Counted from the stretch's first letter, positions 39,701-50,147 are shown. The stretch: 64,000 bases of DNA from Candidatus Thorarchaeota archaeon (GCA_048882485.1 JBHLRP010000008.1:13671-77670); one strand, 5' to 3'. The notes: a model not told the origin generated them from the letters alone. Made by a program: numbers and translations.

Positions 39701-40405
39701 TCAGAACTCTTGGACGTATGGGATAACCCGTTGGAACTCTAGCGACCAATTCTTGACCTCTGTCACCAATGGGTAGACCTCTACCCCTTTCTTATGAGCG
39801 CTCTTTAGCTCAAGTGCGAATTTAGGATCAGTGTCCGCTTTCGGAGAGAAGACTTCCGCATCAGGTCTTTGGATAACAAATACAACTGCAGCCCTGTTCG
39901 CCAATCCGTCTTGAATTGACCTGGCAAGATTTCTGAGATGTCTAGCTCCTCTTTCAGTTGGCGCATCTGGAAAGAGGGCATGTCCATCCTCAACTAGTGT
40001 GCAGGATTTGACCTCGATGAATGTAGCCCCTTCGGCACCCTCTAACTTGAAGTCGAAGCGACCGTCATAAATCCGAGGCTCAGCAATGACAGTATCATAA
40101 GGCCGAAACCAATCAAAGGCATGATTCAGTAGGTTGGATTTCATGAAACGGTTAGGCAGATTGGAGTCAATAGAGATCAAGACTCCATCGTGGGAAACAC
40201 CGATCATGTCATACTCTGTCTTACGATGGGCACTGGCTTTACGTCGAAGGTAGACCTGTTTGCAAGGAATCATCAATTCATGCATTCTCCCAGGATTTGG
40301 AATGAAAACCTCAATGATTCTTCTGTTGAGCTCGACTCTTCCAAGGAATCTATTCGGTCTGTCGACAAACCGAGCTTCTAATACTTCACCATCCGCAACC
40401 ATCAT
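39701..40405 (-). CDS. sfsA: SfsA family DNA/RNA nuclease
   Basis: RPNRF, PNPGRM, IEVKSCTL and FPDAPTERGARHL motifs. Confidence 0.95.
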   Translation of the reverse strand: MMVADGEVLEARFVDRPNRFLGRVELNRRIIEVFIPNPGRMHELMIPCKQVYLRRKASAHRKTEYDMIGVSHDGVLISIDSNLPNRFMKSNLLNHAFDWFRPYDTVIAEPRIYDGRFDFKLEGAEGATFIEVKSCTLVEDGHALFPDAPTERGARHLRNLARSIQDGLANRAAVVFVIQRPDAEVFSPKADTDPKFALELKSAHKKGVEVYPLVTEVKNWSLEFQRVIPYVQEF

Positions 40406-40475
40406 GAGACGAGTGCGATGAATCGGTGTTGCACATTGCTCTTCCGGTCTGGCAATAAACTAGCTTACCAGCATT

Positions 40476-41576
40476 TCAGAAGAATTCAGAAAGGATTGAT
40501 TGAGCACTTCCTTCGGAGAGACCAGATACTTTCACGCCAATGAGTCTCAGGTACTTGGCCGGATTCCTCTTTCTATCGAAGATTTCAACTGCGATTTGCT
40601 GGAGCATATCTTGGTCATCGGTTTCCACCGGGATTGACTTACTTCTCTGGATAGTTGAGTAATCCGCATATCGCATCTTGACAGTGACTGTCTTGAACTT
40701 GAGAGATTTCTGTCGAAGCCTGTCACCTATCCTTCCACACATTCTCGTAATTGTTCCATGAAGGTAATCTACCTCATCTGGATCAACATCCATCATGAAT
40801 GTGAAGTCCTTTGATATAGACTTCCTTATGCGAGGTCCATTGTCGAGCAAAGGTCGGTCATCTATTCCATGTGCCCGATTGTATAACCAGCGCGACCCTC
40901 TTCCCATTATAGGCCAGAGGTCAGTGATTGTCATCTCATGTATCTGACCCAGCGATTCTATGCCCGATTTGCAAAGTCTTTGGGCAGTCTTTGCACCAAC
41001 TCCATTGAGTGCATCAACAGGCAATGGAGCTAGAAATCTAAGTATTTCCTCCGGGTCATGACCCACCAGTGTGATTCCTAGAGGTTTATTCATTCCCGTG
41101 GCAATTTTAGCTACACTCATGTTCGGAGCTACACCGATTGAACAGGGCAGCTTTGTCTGCAGTCGGATTTCACTTTGGATCGTCTGTGCTAATGAGTAGG
41201 GTCCTTCATAGTCTTGAACAAGCTTGGTTACTTCTATGTAGGCCTCATCGATGCTGGCTCTTCGCACCCTGCCTTCATCTGAGAAGCCTCGAAGGACATC
41301 CATTACTTCTGCAGAAGCTTCTCCGTATGATGAGAACTCGCCAGACACGAAAACAGCATCTGGACATAAACGATAAGCCTTCGAAACTGGCATCCCCGAG
41401 TAAATGCCAAATGCCCTTGCTTCATAGGACGCAGTTCTCACCACGCCTCGCCCTCGACCACCCTTTGGATCATGACCTACGCAGACTGGCATTCCAGCTA
41501 ATTCAGGATGATTTCGGTACTGTTCTACCGCGGCAAAGAACGCATCCATATCCACGTGCATTATCCAGCGTTCCAA
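40476..41576 (-). CDS. dinB: DNA polymerase IV (Y family)
   Basis: HVDMDAFFAAVE, ASYEAR, SIDEAY, AKIA...KP and little-finger RLIGV motifs. Confidence 0.95.
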   Translation of the reverse strand: MERWIMHVDMDAFFAAVEQYRNHPELAGMPVCVGHDPKGGRGRGVVRTASYEARAFGIYSGMPVSKAYRLCPDAVFVSGEFSSYGEASAEVMDVLRGFSDEGRVRRASIDEAYIEVTKLVQDYEGPYSLAQTIQSEIRLQTKLPCSIGVAPNMSVAKIATGMNKPLGITLVGHDPEEILRFLAPLPVDALNGVGAKTAQRLCKSGIESLGQIHEMTITDLWPIMGRGSRWLYNRAHGIDDRPLLDNGPRIRKSISKDFTFMMDVDPDEVDYLHGTITRMCGRIGDRLRQKSLKFKTVTVKMRYADYSTIQRSKSIPVETDDQDMLQQIAVEIFDRKRNPAKYLRLIGVKVSGLSEGSAQSILSEFF

Positions 41577-41741
41577 CTTTTTTCCCGAGTCTTTACTATC
41601 CGAAACTGTTTTTGCATTTCTCCAGTCCTTTATACTATTGGACGAATTCTTTGCGGACGGGGAGTTGACCGAACCTATTGCTCTTCCAACAGAGTGATAT
41701 GGACCATCTCAAGGCCAAGCGAGTACTCTGGAGGAACACAT

Positions 41742-42350
41742 TTGACCGATTTTGACAGGCTTTCTCAGCAGATGCGTTTCATTGTGGAGATAGACAAACT
41801 CAAACACGTTGTTCGACAGTCCGCTCTGACTGATGGCACCCGGCAAGAGAACGACTCTGAGCACTCCTGGCATATTGCAGCCATGGCTGTCCTTCTGTCG
41901 GAATATTCCAATACTCAGGATATTGACCTTCTCAAAGTCATTAAGATGCTTCTAATTCATGACCTTGTAGAGATAGATGCTGGCGATACATTTCTATACG
42001 ATGTCATTGGGAATTCCACTAAGGCCAAGAGAGAGCGAAAAGCTGCAGCAAGGATATTCGGAATGCTACCTGAAGATCAAGCTGAAGAGATGCTCTTGCT
42101 TTGGGAGGAATATGAGGCACGAGAAAGTCCAGAAGCCAAGTTCGCATTTGCTATGGATGCAATTCAGCCTCTCATCCTCAGCTTTCACAACAAAGGGTGG
42201 TCATGGAAGAAACATAGTATTGTCAAATCTCAGATTGTAGACAAGAAGAAACCTCTGAAGATCGGTTCAGAGAAACTTTGGGAATATGCCCAAACATTGA
42301 TCGCAGAGGCTGTGAATGAAGGCTTTCTTATAGATGATGAGGCGGCCTAG
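41742..42350 (+). CDS. HD domain protein (HDDC2/YfbR-like)
   Basis: DKLKHVVR, ENDSEHSW, HDLVEIDAGD and LWEEYE motifs; TTG 41742 after GGAGG. Confidence 0.9.
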   Translation: MTDFDRLSQQMRFIVEIDKLKHVVRQSALTDGTRQENDSEHSWHIAAMAVLLSEYSNTQDIDLLKVIKMLLIHDLVEIDAGDTFLYDVIGNSTKAKRERKAAARIFGMLPEDQAEEMLLLWEEYEARESPEAKFAFAMDAIQPLILSFHNKGWSWKKHSIVKSQIVDKKKPLKIGSEKLWEYAQTLIAEAVNEGFLIDDEAA

Positions 42351-43297
42351 ACTGCATACTGTGAGAAGAACTGTTCCAAGTCCACATTTCCTCCGCTAAG
42401 TATGACTCCTATGCGTCGTTCCTTCAGCTGATCACTTATCTGTAAAAGAGCCGCAAGAGAAACAGCACCTGATGGCTCCACAACGATTTTCATTCTTTCC
42501 CAGAGCAGACGCATTGCTCTCACGATTTCTTGATCACTCACTGTGACGATTCTGTCTACATTCTTCCGGATTATTGAGAAGGTCAACTCGGAGAGTGAAG
42601 TTAGAAGTCCATCAGCGATGGTGTGTGGATTCACCGAGGGATGAATCTCTCCAGTTGTAAATGAGCGATAAGCGTCGTCAGCACCCTTTGGTTCTCCTGC
42701 AATGACTTGAGCTTCAGGCATGAGACCTTTAGTAGCAATAGAGGTGCCGCTCAAAAGTCCTCCACCTCCAACAGGCACGAAAACTAAGTCAAGAGACCCT
42801 ATTTCCTTAATGAGCTCGTAGGCAGCTGTTCCTGCTCCAGCAATGATGTTGGGGTTGTCATAGGGATGTACGAGAGTATATCCATGCTTCTCAATTAGCG
42901 CCGCAGCAGTGCTTTGCCGAGAAGCTAATGTTGGCTCGCATATAACGACCTCTGCGCCATAACCTTTGGTGGCTTCCATCTTCACTGCAGGAGAACTGCT
43001 TGGCATGACTACCGTGCATCTCACGCCTTGTTTTGATGCCGCTAGTGCTAGAGCTTGGGCGTGATTCCCCGAGGAATGAGTTATCACCCCTCTCTTGCGC
43101 TCCTCTTCACTTAGCAATGAAACCGCGTTGAAAGCGCCGCGGAACTTGAACGCTCCGACGCGCTGGAAGTTCTCACATTTGAAGAAGACATCGGAGCCGG
43201 TGAGTGCATCAATAGTGGTTGAAGTCATTACGGGAGTCCTTACAACAGAGTCCTTGACTCTCTCATATGCAGCTTCAACATCTGAAAAGACTACCAT
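42347..43297 (-). CDS. threonine/serine dehydratase (serine racemase-like) PLP enzyme
   Basis: KCENFQRVGAFKFRGA, SSGNHAQA, GGGGL and SGGN motifs. Confidence 0.92.
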   Translation of the reverse strand: MVVFSDVEAAYERVKDSVVRTPVMTSTTIDALTGSDVFFKCENFQRVGAFKFRGAFNAVSLLSEEERKRGVITHSSGNHAQALALAASKQGVRCTVVMPSSSPAVKMEATKGYGAEVVICEPTLASRQSTAAALIEKHGYTLVHPYDNPNIIAGAGTAAYELIKEIGSLDLVFVPVGGGGLLSGTSIATKGLMPEAQVIAGEPKGADDAYRSFTTGEIHPSVNPHTIADGLLTSLSELTFSIIRKNVDRIVTVSDQEIVRAMRLLWERMKIVVEPSGAVSLAALLQISDQLKERRIGVILSGGNVDLEQFFSQYAV

Positions 43298-43428
43298 AGA
43301 TGGAAAGCACTTTATCCTGCAGAAAAGGATTGCTTTCATTCGCTAAAGAAAATTCGAAAGGCTTAATCCTCGCCGTTGACGAATGACTCGAATCAGTGAA
43401 TCAGTATTTCTAGGAGTATGATTCTCAG

Positions 43429-44169
43429 ATGGGTAACAAGTTCCTAAATACACAAATGGATTACATTCGAGTTCTTGTTGTTATTGTAATCCTAGGACTG
43501 GAAGCAATTGCTGCATTCACAGGAATAGCAAATCCCTGGTTTCTAGGTGCCTCAGTCGCCCTAGTGATACTGGCTATTGCCAACTATATTGATGTTCGAT
43601 CTGAAGAGTGGTCACGCTATGCATTGTTTCTCCTAACGGCAATGATTTGTGGCTCAATTGGTGATTTCTTGTTGGCGGATATCTTCCGTATAACACCAAT
43701 CCCAGTCTTGAATGGCATAATCTTTTTCGGAATTGGTCATGTTTTCTACCTCCTGGGGCTTCGAGATAGATCTAGCATGCTCCTCCGCTCTCCAGGAGCA
43801 AATCAATCCAGATTGGTGACAAAAAATCTTGCAATGTGGTTGGTGGTTTCTATTCTTGTGGTTTTACTCTTCGTGACGACAATCTTCAATCCAGCAATGC
43901 TCGAGCTTGGAATTGGAATGCTAGCCTATGGTATTCTTCTTGGAACAGTTTTGGCGTTCGCTATCACAAAATGGTTTGATGACTTTCCATCCAAATTTAC
44001 CTTCTGCATATCAATTGGATTTCTCCTCTTCTTCTTCTCAGATTGGTTGCTTGGCTATCATATGATGACCGATGCAAGCTTCCTTTCTGGTCCGTATGTC
44101 GGATTGACATACATCATTGGGCAGCTACTGATTCACCTATCAACCATGTTTGGTTCAAAAGGAACCTGA
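43429..44169 (+). CDS. lysoplasmalogenase (YhhN/TMEM86) family protein
   Basis: GDFLL, FFGIGHVFY, FFFSDWLL and TYIIGQ motifs. Confidence 0.75.
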   Translation: MGNKFLNTQMDYIRVLVVIVILGLEAIAAFTGIANPWFLGASVALVILAIANYIDVRSEEWSRYALFLLTAMICGSIGDFLLADIFRITPIPVLNGIIFFGIGHVFYLLGLRDRSSMLLRSPGANQSRLVTKNLAMWLVVSILVVLLFVTTIFNPAMLELGIGMLAYGILLGTVLAFAITKWFDDFPSKFTFCISIGFLLFFFSDWLLGYHMMTDASFLSGPYVGLTYIIGQLLIHLSTMFGSKGT

Positions 44170-44203
44170 AAGATGAAACATCAGCAACCTTGGTAGTGAT
44201 ACG

Positions 44204-44695
44204 ATGCGAGGCATTCGAAGAAAAGAGAAGGAGATTACAGAGACTGCAGAAATGATTGCTATTCTGAAGCAGGCAAAATACATCACTGTAGCTATGTGTC
44301 TGGATGATGAGCCATACCTAGCGACATTGAGTCACGGCTTTGATGTTGAGAATAACTGTATCTACTTCCATTGTGCTCAAGAGGGGAAGAAGATCGACAT
44401 TCTAAAACAGAACAACCTGGTCTGGGGACAGGCTCTGAAAGACGATGGATATGCCATAGGCAAATGCGACCATCTGTATGCTACCACTCAATTCAGAGGG
44501 AGAGTCACTTTCATTATTGATGAGAACGAGAAGAGGCATGCTCTGAGAGTGATGATTGATCAATTGGAGGAAGCACCGAATGAAGTCTATGCAGAGCAGG
44601 TGACAGACAAATCAGTCAAGCGAGTGGGCATTGGACGCATTGATATCGAGAGGATGAGTGGCAAGAGAGCCTCAGAGGTCATAATCCAGACATAG
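44204..44695 (+). CDS. pyridoxamine 5'-phosphate oxidase-like (NimA-like) flavoprotein
   Basis: MRGIRRKEKEI, IYFHCAQEGKKID and MSGK motifs. Confidence 0.88.
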   Translation: MRGIRRKEKEITETAEMIAILKQAKYITVAMCLDDEPYLATLSHGFDVENNCIYFHCAQEGKKIDILKQNNLVWGQALKDDGYAIGKCDHLYATTQFRGRVTFIIDENEKRHALRVMIDQLEEAPNEVYAEQVTDKSVKRVGIGRIDIERMSGKRASEVIIQT

Positions 44696-45100
44696 CTAAG
44701 GATTGTCCGAGAGGGCTTGAAGCACCTCCAATGCTTCCTCACCATCTTCAAATGGCACAAAGAGATGGTCATGGTAGTAGGCTGAAACTACATTCACGCT
44801 AATTCCTTCTTTGGCGAGTTCCGTCGATATCTTTGCAATGAAGCCAATGGCCTCAAGGTCTGAGTGGACTGACAGTGTGATTAACGCCCAAGTCGCTAGA
44901 TACTGGAGCTTACGGGAGTCAGCTATGCCTCTCTCAACAATGAAAGTGACTCCCTCGTCTTCTCTGAACATAAGAAGCGCGTCATCTTTGAGGTCTTCGA
45001 TAAGACTCTCTTCAACTGAAACGAACACGTATTCCACATCTGACAGTGTGGGTTCCATTGACCTGAGAAGAGTGCCTAGATCGTGTTCGCCACGTTTCAT
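44696..45100 (-). CDS. ACT domain protein
   Basis: FREDEGVT, ITLSVHSDLEAIG and SAYYHDHLFVP motifs. Confidence 0.88.
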   Translation of the reverse strand: MKRGEHDLGTLLRSMEPTLSDVEYVFVSVEESLIEDLKDDALLMFREDEGVTFIVERGIADSRKLQYLATWALITLSVHSDLEAIGFIAKISTELAKEGISVNVVSAYYHDHLFVPFEDGEEALEVLQALSDNP

Positions 45101-45120
45101 CCGATTCTCCTCGCAATGAC

Positions 45121-45636
45121 TTAGCTTCTCTCTCCGCCAAAGGTCTCCCAGGAAACAATTTCATCCAGCGAGCGTCGATTGCTTGTCCTTTCTTGGTTTC
45201 CATAGCCTACTGAAACTGAGCAAACAACTCTAAGAATATCAGGTACGTTCAAGAGTTTCCGGAATACAGGCTCGATGGCTGTGTCTCGTACCCCCATCCA
45301 GCATGTGCTCAATCCCTGCCCGTAAGCGGCTAGCAGCATGTTTTGAACAGCATTGTGAGGATCAGCCAAGTTATATCTCTGGTGTCTGGCTGGCTCACCA
45401 AGGACCACAATGACGACAGGTGATTCCTTCATGAATCGTCCATATGTGTGAGCATCAGCGAGTTTTTCACGCATTGCCTTGTCACGGACTACTATGAAAT
45501 GCCAAGGCTGCCTGTTTGAGGCTGAGGGCGCCCATTGTCCGGCTTCCAGAATCACCTTCACCTTGTCATCCTCGACCTCAGTGTCCTTATACTTTCTAAT
45601 GCTTCTTCGGTTTCTAATTGCTTCCAGAACATCCAT
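45121..45636 (-). CDS. nitroreductase family protein
   Basis: RRSIRKY and APSASNRQPWHF motifs; ATG 45636. Confidence 0.92.
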   Translation of the reverse strand: MDVLEAIRNRRSIRKYKDTEVEDDKVKVILEAGQWAPSASNRQPWHFIVVRDKAMREKLADAHTYGRFMKESPVVIVVLGEPARHQRYNLADPHNAVQNMLLAAYGQGLSTCWMGVRDTAIEPVFRKLLNVPDILRVVCSVSVGYGNQERTSNRRSLDEIVSWETFGGERS

Positions 45637-45769
45637 CTTTAGTCTCGATGCGAATGATGCATGACCAATATAAGCCATCGCACATGGCACTCGAATGATA
45701 ATGTCTTGATGGCAAACCTAAAAGGAGCATAGTGTTGGCCCTGAATCATCCGGGACGGCGAATTCTACC

Positions 45770-47209
45770 ATGCGAATTAAGACTCACCAAAAACTGTTGA
45801 CAAGCGTTGGCGTCGACATTGGCACTTCTACATCACACGTTGTCTTTAGTAGCATCCTTCTTGAAAGAAACCTAAAGAGCCGTACCGAGAAGTTTGAGAT
45901 CAAAGAAAAGAAAGTACTTCACAAGGGGCCCATTCATTTCACGCCCCTCTCTGGCCCAGACACAATCGATTTTGAGGCTCTCAGGAATCTCATTCTTGCA
46001 GACTACGCTGATGCTGGTTTCGAGCTTACTCAAATAGATACAGGCGCCGTGATTATCACAGGGGAGACCGCACGCAAAGAGAACGCTGAGGAAATAGTGG
46101 AAGCTCTTGCAGGTGAAACCGGAAAATTCGTGGCAGCAACAGCTGGACCCAATTTTGAAAGTGTCTTGGCGGCTCATGGTGCTGGAGCTGTGATGAAGTC
46201 CGCAGAAAGAGGTCTGACCATTTTGTCTTGTGACATCGGGGGTGGGTCATCGAATATTGCAGTCTGCAGAGATGGGAAGGTGTTCGCGACCGCAGCGATC
46301 AATGTTGGCGGTCGTTTGGTAGCAACTGATGATGCAGGTACTATTATCCGACTCGAGGAAACTGGAAAGCGACTTGGCGAAAAGGTCGGCCTCAGCCTGA
46401 AGCTGGGCCAATATCTTGACGAACCCTCAAAGCAACTATTGGCACAAGCACTTGCTGATGCTCTCATTGAAGCCATAGAAGGGAAGCAGGGGTCAGAGAT
46501 CACAAACATGCTAATGATGACTCCTCCTCTCGCCTTTCAGGACAAAGTGGATGAAGTCATGTTCTCTGGCGGCGTTGCTGAGTTTATCTATGGGCTAGAA
46601 ACCAATGAGTATAATGACCTAGGACAATTGCTGGCTCAATCAATTGTGAAATTGGTCGATAAGTACGAGATTCCAATGGCGGAGCCAGAACACCGCATCC
46701 GCGCAACTGTGATTGGTGCAGGCCAATCAAGTCTTCAAGTGAGCGGGTCAACAACCTTCCTTTCCTCAGGGCTGGAATATCCACTGAGGAATCTGCCCGT
46801 CATCACTCCCCATGTGCCGAAAGGAAAGACAACAATGGAGAAAGTGCGGGATGCAATCCAGAATGCTCTCAAGAGATTTGATATCAAGGAAGGCATTGAT
46901 CCTCTTATTCTTGCTTTTGAGGATGCAGTCCGTCCATCCTATGAAAGCCTCACCGAATTTGCCAAGGGTATTGTAGCTGGTTTGCCTAGAACCACTGCTA
47001 ATAGTTCGCCTATTTTGATGTGCTTTGACACAGATATAGGCAATAGTGTCGGAAATGTGATTAAGCGCGAGACTGGGGTGACCAATGAGATTCTTTCCAT
47101 TGATGAGATATCTCTGCATGAAGGTGATTTCGTCGACATTGGCGAGCCTATAATTGAAAACGTCGTGGTTCCAGTAGTCGTAAAGACACTGGTCTTCGAG
47201 GAACGATAG
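45770..47209 (+). CDS. eutA: ethanolamine ammonia-lyase reactivating factor EutA
   Basis: SVGVDIGTSTS, TGAVIITGETARKENA, FVAATAGP, DIGGG, IRATVIGAG and VPVVVKTL motifs. Confidence 0.88.
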   Translation: MRIKTHQKLLTSVGVDIGTSTSHVVFSSILLERNLKSRTEKFEIKEKKVLHKGPIHFTPLSGPDTIDFEALRNLILADYADAGFELTQIDTGAVIITGETARKENAEEIVEALAGETGKFVAATAGPNFESVLAAHGAGAVMKSAERGLTILSCDIGGGSSNIAVCRDGKVFATAAINVGGRLVATDDAGTIIRLEETGKRLGEKVGLSLKLGQYLDEPSKQLLAQALADALIEAIEGKQGSEITNMLMMTPPLAFQDKVDEVMFSGGVAEFIYGLETNEYNDLGQLLAQSIVKLVDKYEIPMAEPEHRIRATVIGAGQSSLQVSGSTTFLSSGLEYPLRNLPVITPHVPKGKTTMEKVRDAIQNALKRFDIKEGIDPLILAFEDAVRPSYESLTEFAKGIVAGLPRTTANSSPILMCFDTDIGNSVGNVIKRETGVTNEILSIDEISLHEGDFVDIGEPIIENVVVPVVVKTLVFEER

Positions 47210-47217
47210 GAGGGCAA

Positions 47218-48513
47218 TTATCCTTCATCTGTCACCCACAAGTCGTCAGATTTGGCCCAATCTGCTTTATGAGGATCTGATTCTGAGCTCGAACCAATCT
47301 CCGATGATGATTCCATTTTCGAAGGTTCTAGGCTCGATTTAGTATCATGTGCAGATTTAATGTTCGGTGACCGCAGGCTCCTTAGTTTCGAGAGTATCAA
47401 ATATGTAAAAGGAACTCTTACAGTGACGTGAGCTTCGGAATGAATAGCCTGCTTTCCTGATGGCGGGTTGCCCATTACCACAATCTCTGGATCCTTCTCA
47501 AACCACATCTGGACTGCCTTATCTTCCCAAATGGTTTGCCTGGGAGGAATCTGCTTTTGGAGAAAGACAACTAGAAAACCTAACACAATCAACACGGGGA
47601 TTGGGAAAGCTGTCATAAATGGCGATATAATCATGAAGAAGGCAGCTGGCGCTATAATCGATAGTGCAGCATAGGCAAGAACCCTCGTCTTTTCAGTGTG
47701 AGTCTGTATGTATTGAAGAACTGAATATGCAAATACAAGCGAGAAAATATTCATCAAATATGTCAAAATCACGCCAACTGCGGGCAATATGTAGAATGAA
47801 ACGTAACCATATCCAAAGCCTGACGTATAGTATCCTATCCAAATTGCCGTTGTCATACCAAAATTCAATCCCGTCTCGTAGGGACTGAAGTAAGAGTAGA
47901 AATACGCAATGCTTGGGAAGCAGAGTGCTATTATCCCTAGGATATAACTTAGAATCCCGAATCTGCCTGGGCGAATGCCCCCTTCATGAATCAAGGACTC
48001 GGGTGTCTGAGAGAAGTACGCTGCTTTTCTGTCAGAGTCAATATACGAACCCTGCCGACCCAACACCGGAAGGACCACAAACACTGCTATCACCCATGGA
48101 ACAATCGATTGAATCATGGAACCTCCATAGTATGGCACAGGTACATACGGGCTGCCATAGGGCACAAGAATCGACAGAGGATATACTATGAGTGATATGA
48201 AAACCGCCGCAGCTAATGCCATCTTCTTGATTGCCTTTTCCCTAGGTTGCTGAGTCAGCCATCTAGTGAAATAGATTCCAGGAAAACACACGGCAATTGC
48301 CAGCCCAATTGTAAGGAAATCGAAGGAGATTGGAGAATAGGATGGAGGCTGCATGTAGTAGTCATAGTATGGGTACATTCCAAATGAGAAGATTAGGGAT
48401 ACGTATTGAAAAGATATGGGAACAGCAAATTCAATGTTTAGAGCAAGAGGTACAATTAAAATGGCAATCATCCTGATGATAGTCTTGGCCAGGAAACTTC
48501 GATTCAAGTCCAA
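47218..48513 (-). CDS. hypothetical multi-pass membrane protein (two similar 4-TM halves)
   Basis: About 8 hydrophobic segments, Tyr-rich loops and a Ser-rich tail. Confidence 0.7.
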   Translation of the reverse strand: MDLNRSFLAKTIIRMIAILIVPLALNIEFAVPISFQYVSLIFSFGMYPYYDYYMQPPSYSPISFDFLTIGLAIAVCFPGIYFTRWLTQQPREKAIKKMALAAAVFISLIVYPLSILVPYGSPYVPVPYYGGSMIQSIVPWVIAVFVVLPVLGRQGSYIDSDRKAAYFSQTPESLIHEGGIRPGRFGILSYILGIIALCFPSIAYFYSYFSPYETGLNFGMTTAIWIGYYTSGFGYGYVSFYILPAVGVILTYLMNIFSLVFAYSVLQYIQTHTEKTRVLAYAALSIIAPAAFFMIISPFMTAFPIPVLIVLGFLVVFLQKQIPPRQTIWEDKAVQMWFEKDPEIVVMGNPPSGKQAIHSEAHVTVRVPFTYLILSKLRSLRSPNIKSAHDTKSSLEPSKMESSSEIGSSSESDPHKADWAKSDDLWVTDEG

Positions 48514-48646
48514 CCCTCAGTTCCTCTTGACAGGTGAACTTTCGCATCTTTCTCTAATAAGCCTATCAATAGAATGAAGTCTGTATCACTTGGTGCTTTG
48601 GGAGAATTGAAATAGGTGAATATTCCGACACGAGAAATGAATTGAG

Positions 48647-49567
48647 ATGATGCAGGAAACTCCTCCCGATTTCTTAGTCGATCCGATTGCCTATCTACAA
48701 TTCTACTGGAATCAAATTTCACCCTATGTTTTCCTTGTAGCTACGCTCATCGTTATCGGGTTGATCTACATTATTGTGACAAGATTGGCAAAGAGATCCT
48801 TGCTGGCTCTTGGAATGGGAAGAGAGGCTACAATTGGACTTGTACTCATTCTCAGGCTTATCTTCTTCATGTTTGCAGTCTTAATGCTAGTTAGCTTTTT
48901 CGAAGCGAGTTATACAGCAATACTCTCAATATCAGCGATTTTTGGTACTGCACTCGGTCTCGCTTTCTCAACCGCCCTTAGCAATATTGTGAGCGGTCTC
49001 TATGTGTTAACTGCTAGACCTTTTAGAGTAGGAGACTACGTGCGGATTGGTTCAGTCGAAGGAATAGTCCGGGAAATTACTCTCAACTACACTCGCGTCT
49101 TATTGACTGATGAAAACATTCAGCTTGTGCCGAACAATAAAGTTGTCAGTAGTGAGGTCACAAATTTCAGGATAGACCTGTCGAAATACATTGAGAAGAA
49201 ACAGGAGGAGGCCCTTCAAGAAGCAGATACTAGGCATTCATACCGAGAAACACTTGATGAAGCATGGAAACAGCTCAAAATGCTTACATCAGAAGAATTC
49301 GCGTATAGATATACCTTCGACATTAATGTCCATATGAATCAAGATCACATGGCGATACTCAAGACTTTTGATGAAGTCTGTGATAAGTGGTCGAATGTAT
49401 TCTTAACCCGCCCCAATTACATCGTGTGGGCCAAGCCAGTTGCTGCCATCACTTACAGATTCTCATTCATAGTAAGTGATCCCATGGTGATCATCAAAAG
49501 AGGCTCTGACTTTATGCAAGAACTCCTGACCAACTATTATGAATCCACTGAATCCATTCAAGAGTGA
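48647..49567 (+). CDS. MscS family mechanosensitive channel
   Basis: ALGLAF...SNIVSGL...RPFRVGDYVRI...VPN motif. Confidence 0.9.
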   Translation: MMQETPPDFLVDPIAYLQFYWNQISPYVFLVATLIVIGLIYIIVTRLAKRSLLALGMGREATIGLVLILRLIFFMFAVLMLVSFFEASYTAILSISAIFGTALGLAFSTALSNIVSGLYVLTARPFRVGDYVRIGSVEGIVREITLNYTRVLLTDENIQLVPNNKVVSSEVTNFRIDLSKYIEKKQEEALQEADTRHSYRETLDEAWKQLKMLTSEEFAYRYTFDINVHMNQDHMAILKTFDEVCDKWSNVFLTRPNYIVWAKPVAAITYRFSFIVSDPMVIIKRGSDFMQELLTNYYESTESIQE

Positions 49568-49580
49568 AAGCAGAGAGTAT

Positions 49581-49627
49581 GAGAAAGAAGAGAATAGAGG
49601 CATAAGCGTTTACTTCGTCTATGCCTC
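49581..49627 (-). terminator. hairpin plus pyrimidine tract downstream of ssb
   Basis: GAGGCATA/TATGCCTC stem followed on the minus strand by TATTCTCTTCTTTCTC. Confidence 0.55.
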
Positions 49628-49643
49628 CAAATAATAACAAGCT

Positions 49644-50147
49644 CTAATATCTGCGATCACGGTCGCGTTCTCGATATCCGCCGCCGCCACGTCTATCTCT
49701 GTAGCCACCACCACCGCGACGGTCTCTGTAGCCTCCCCCGCCGTAGCCGCCACGTCCTCCATATCTCCTTGGTGGACGTTCATGCTCTTCGGCTGAGAGA
49801 TCGTTTTCCTCGTTGACTTCTTCAATTGGCTCCTCAGCTTCATTGATGATGCCGTATCTACCAATATTGAGTCGAAGATTCCTCTGAAAGAGTCCAGTAT
49901 ATCCGTTTTCAAGCTTGTAGGTCTTGCCAACCTCCAGTGCGTCAATGGAGTCATCCCATAGGGGCATTACGACTATGCCACTGGCATCTCCAATGACAAT
50001 GTCTGCAACACGATGGGTTTCGCCATCATGCCTTGAGGTCACCTCGCGAGCCTCGCCCTTTGATAGGACCTTGAACGAAATTGTCAGGTTCTTCATACGG
50101 GGTTTAAGGTCTGAGATGATAGCAAGAACAGGTTCCGGTTCGCTCAT
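49644..50147 (-). CDS. ssb: single-OB-fold single-stranded DNA-binding protein with RGG/RD-rich tail
   Basis: ISDLKP, IGDASG...LWD and NGY...LNIGRYG motifs (crenarchaeal SSB-like); tail (GGGGYRDRR)x2-3. Confidence 0.88.
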   Translation of the reverse strand: MSEPEPVLAIISDLKPRMKNLTISFKVLSKGEAREVTSRHDGETHRVADIVIGDASGIVVMPLWDDSIDALEVGKTYKLENGYTGLFQRNLRLNIGRYGIINEAEEPIEEVNEENDLSAEEHERPPRRYGGRGGYGGGGYRDRRGGGGYRDRRGGGGYRERDRDRRY

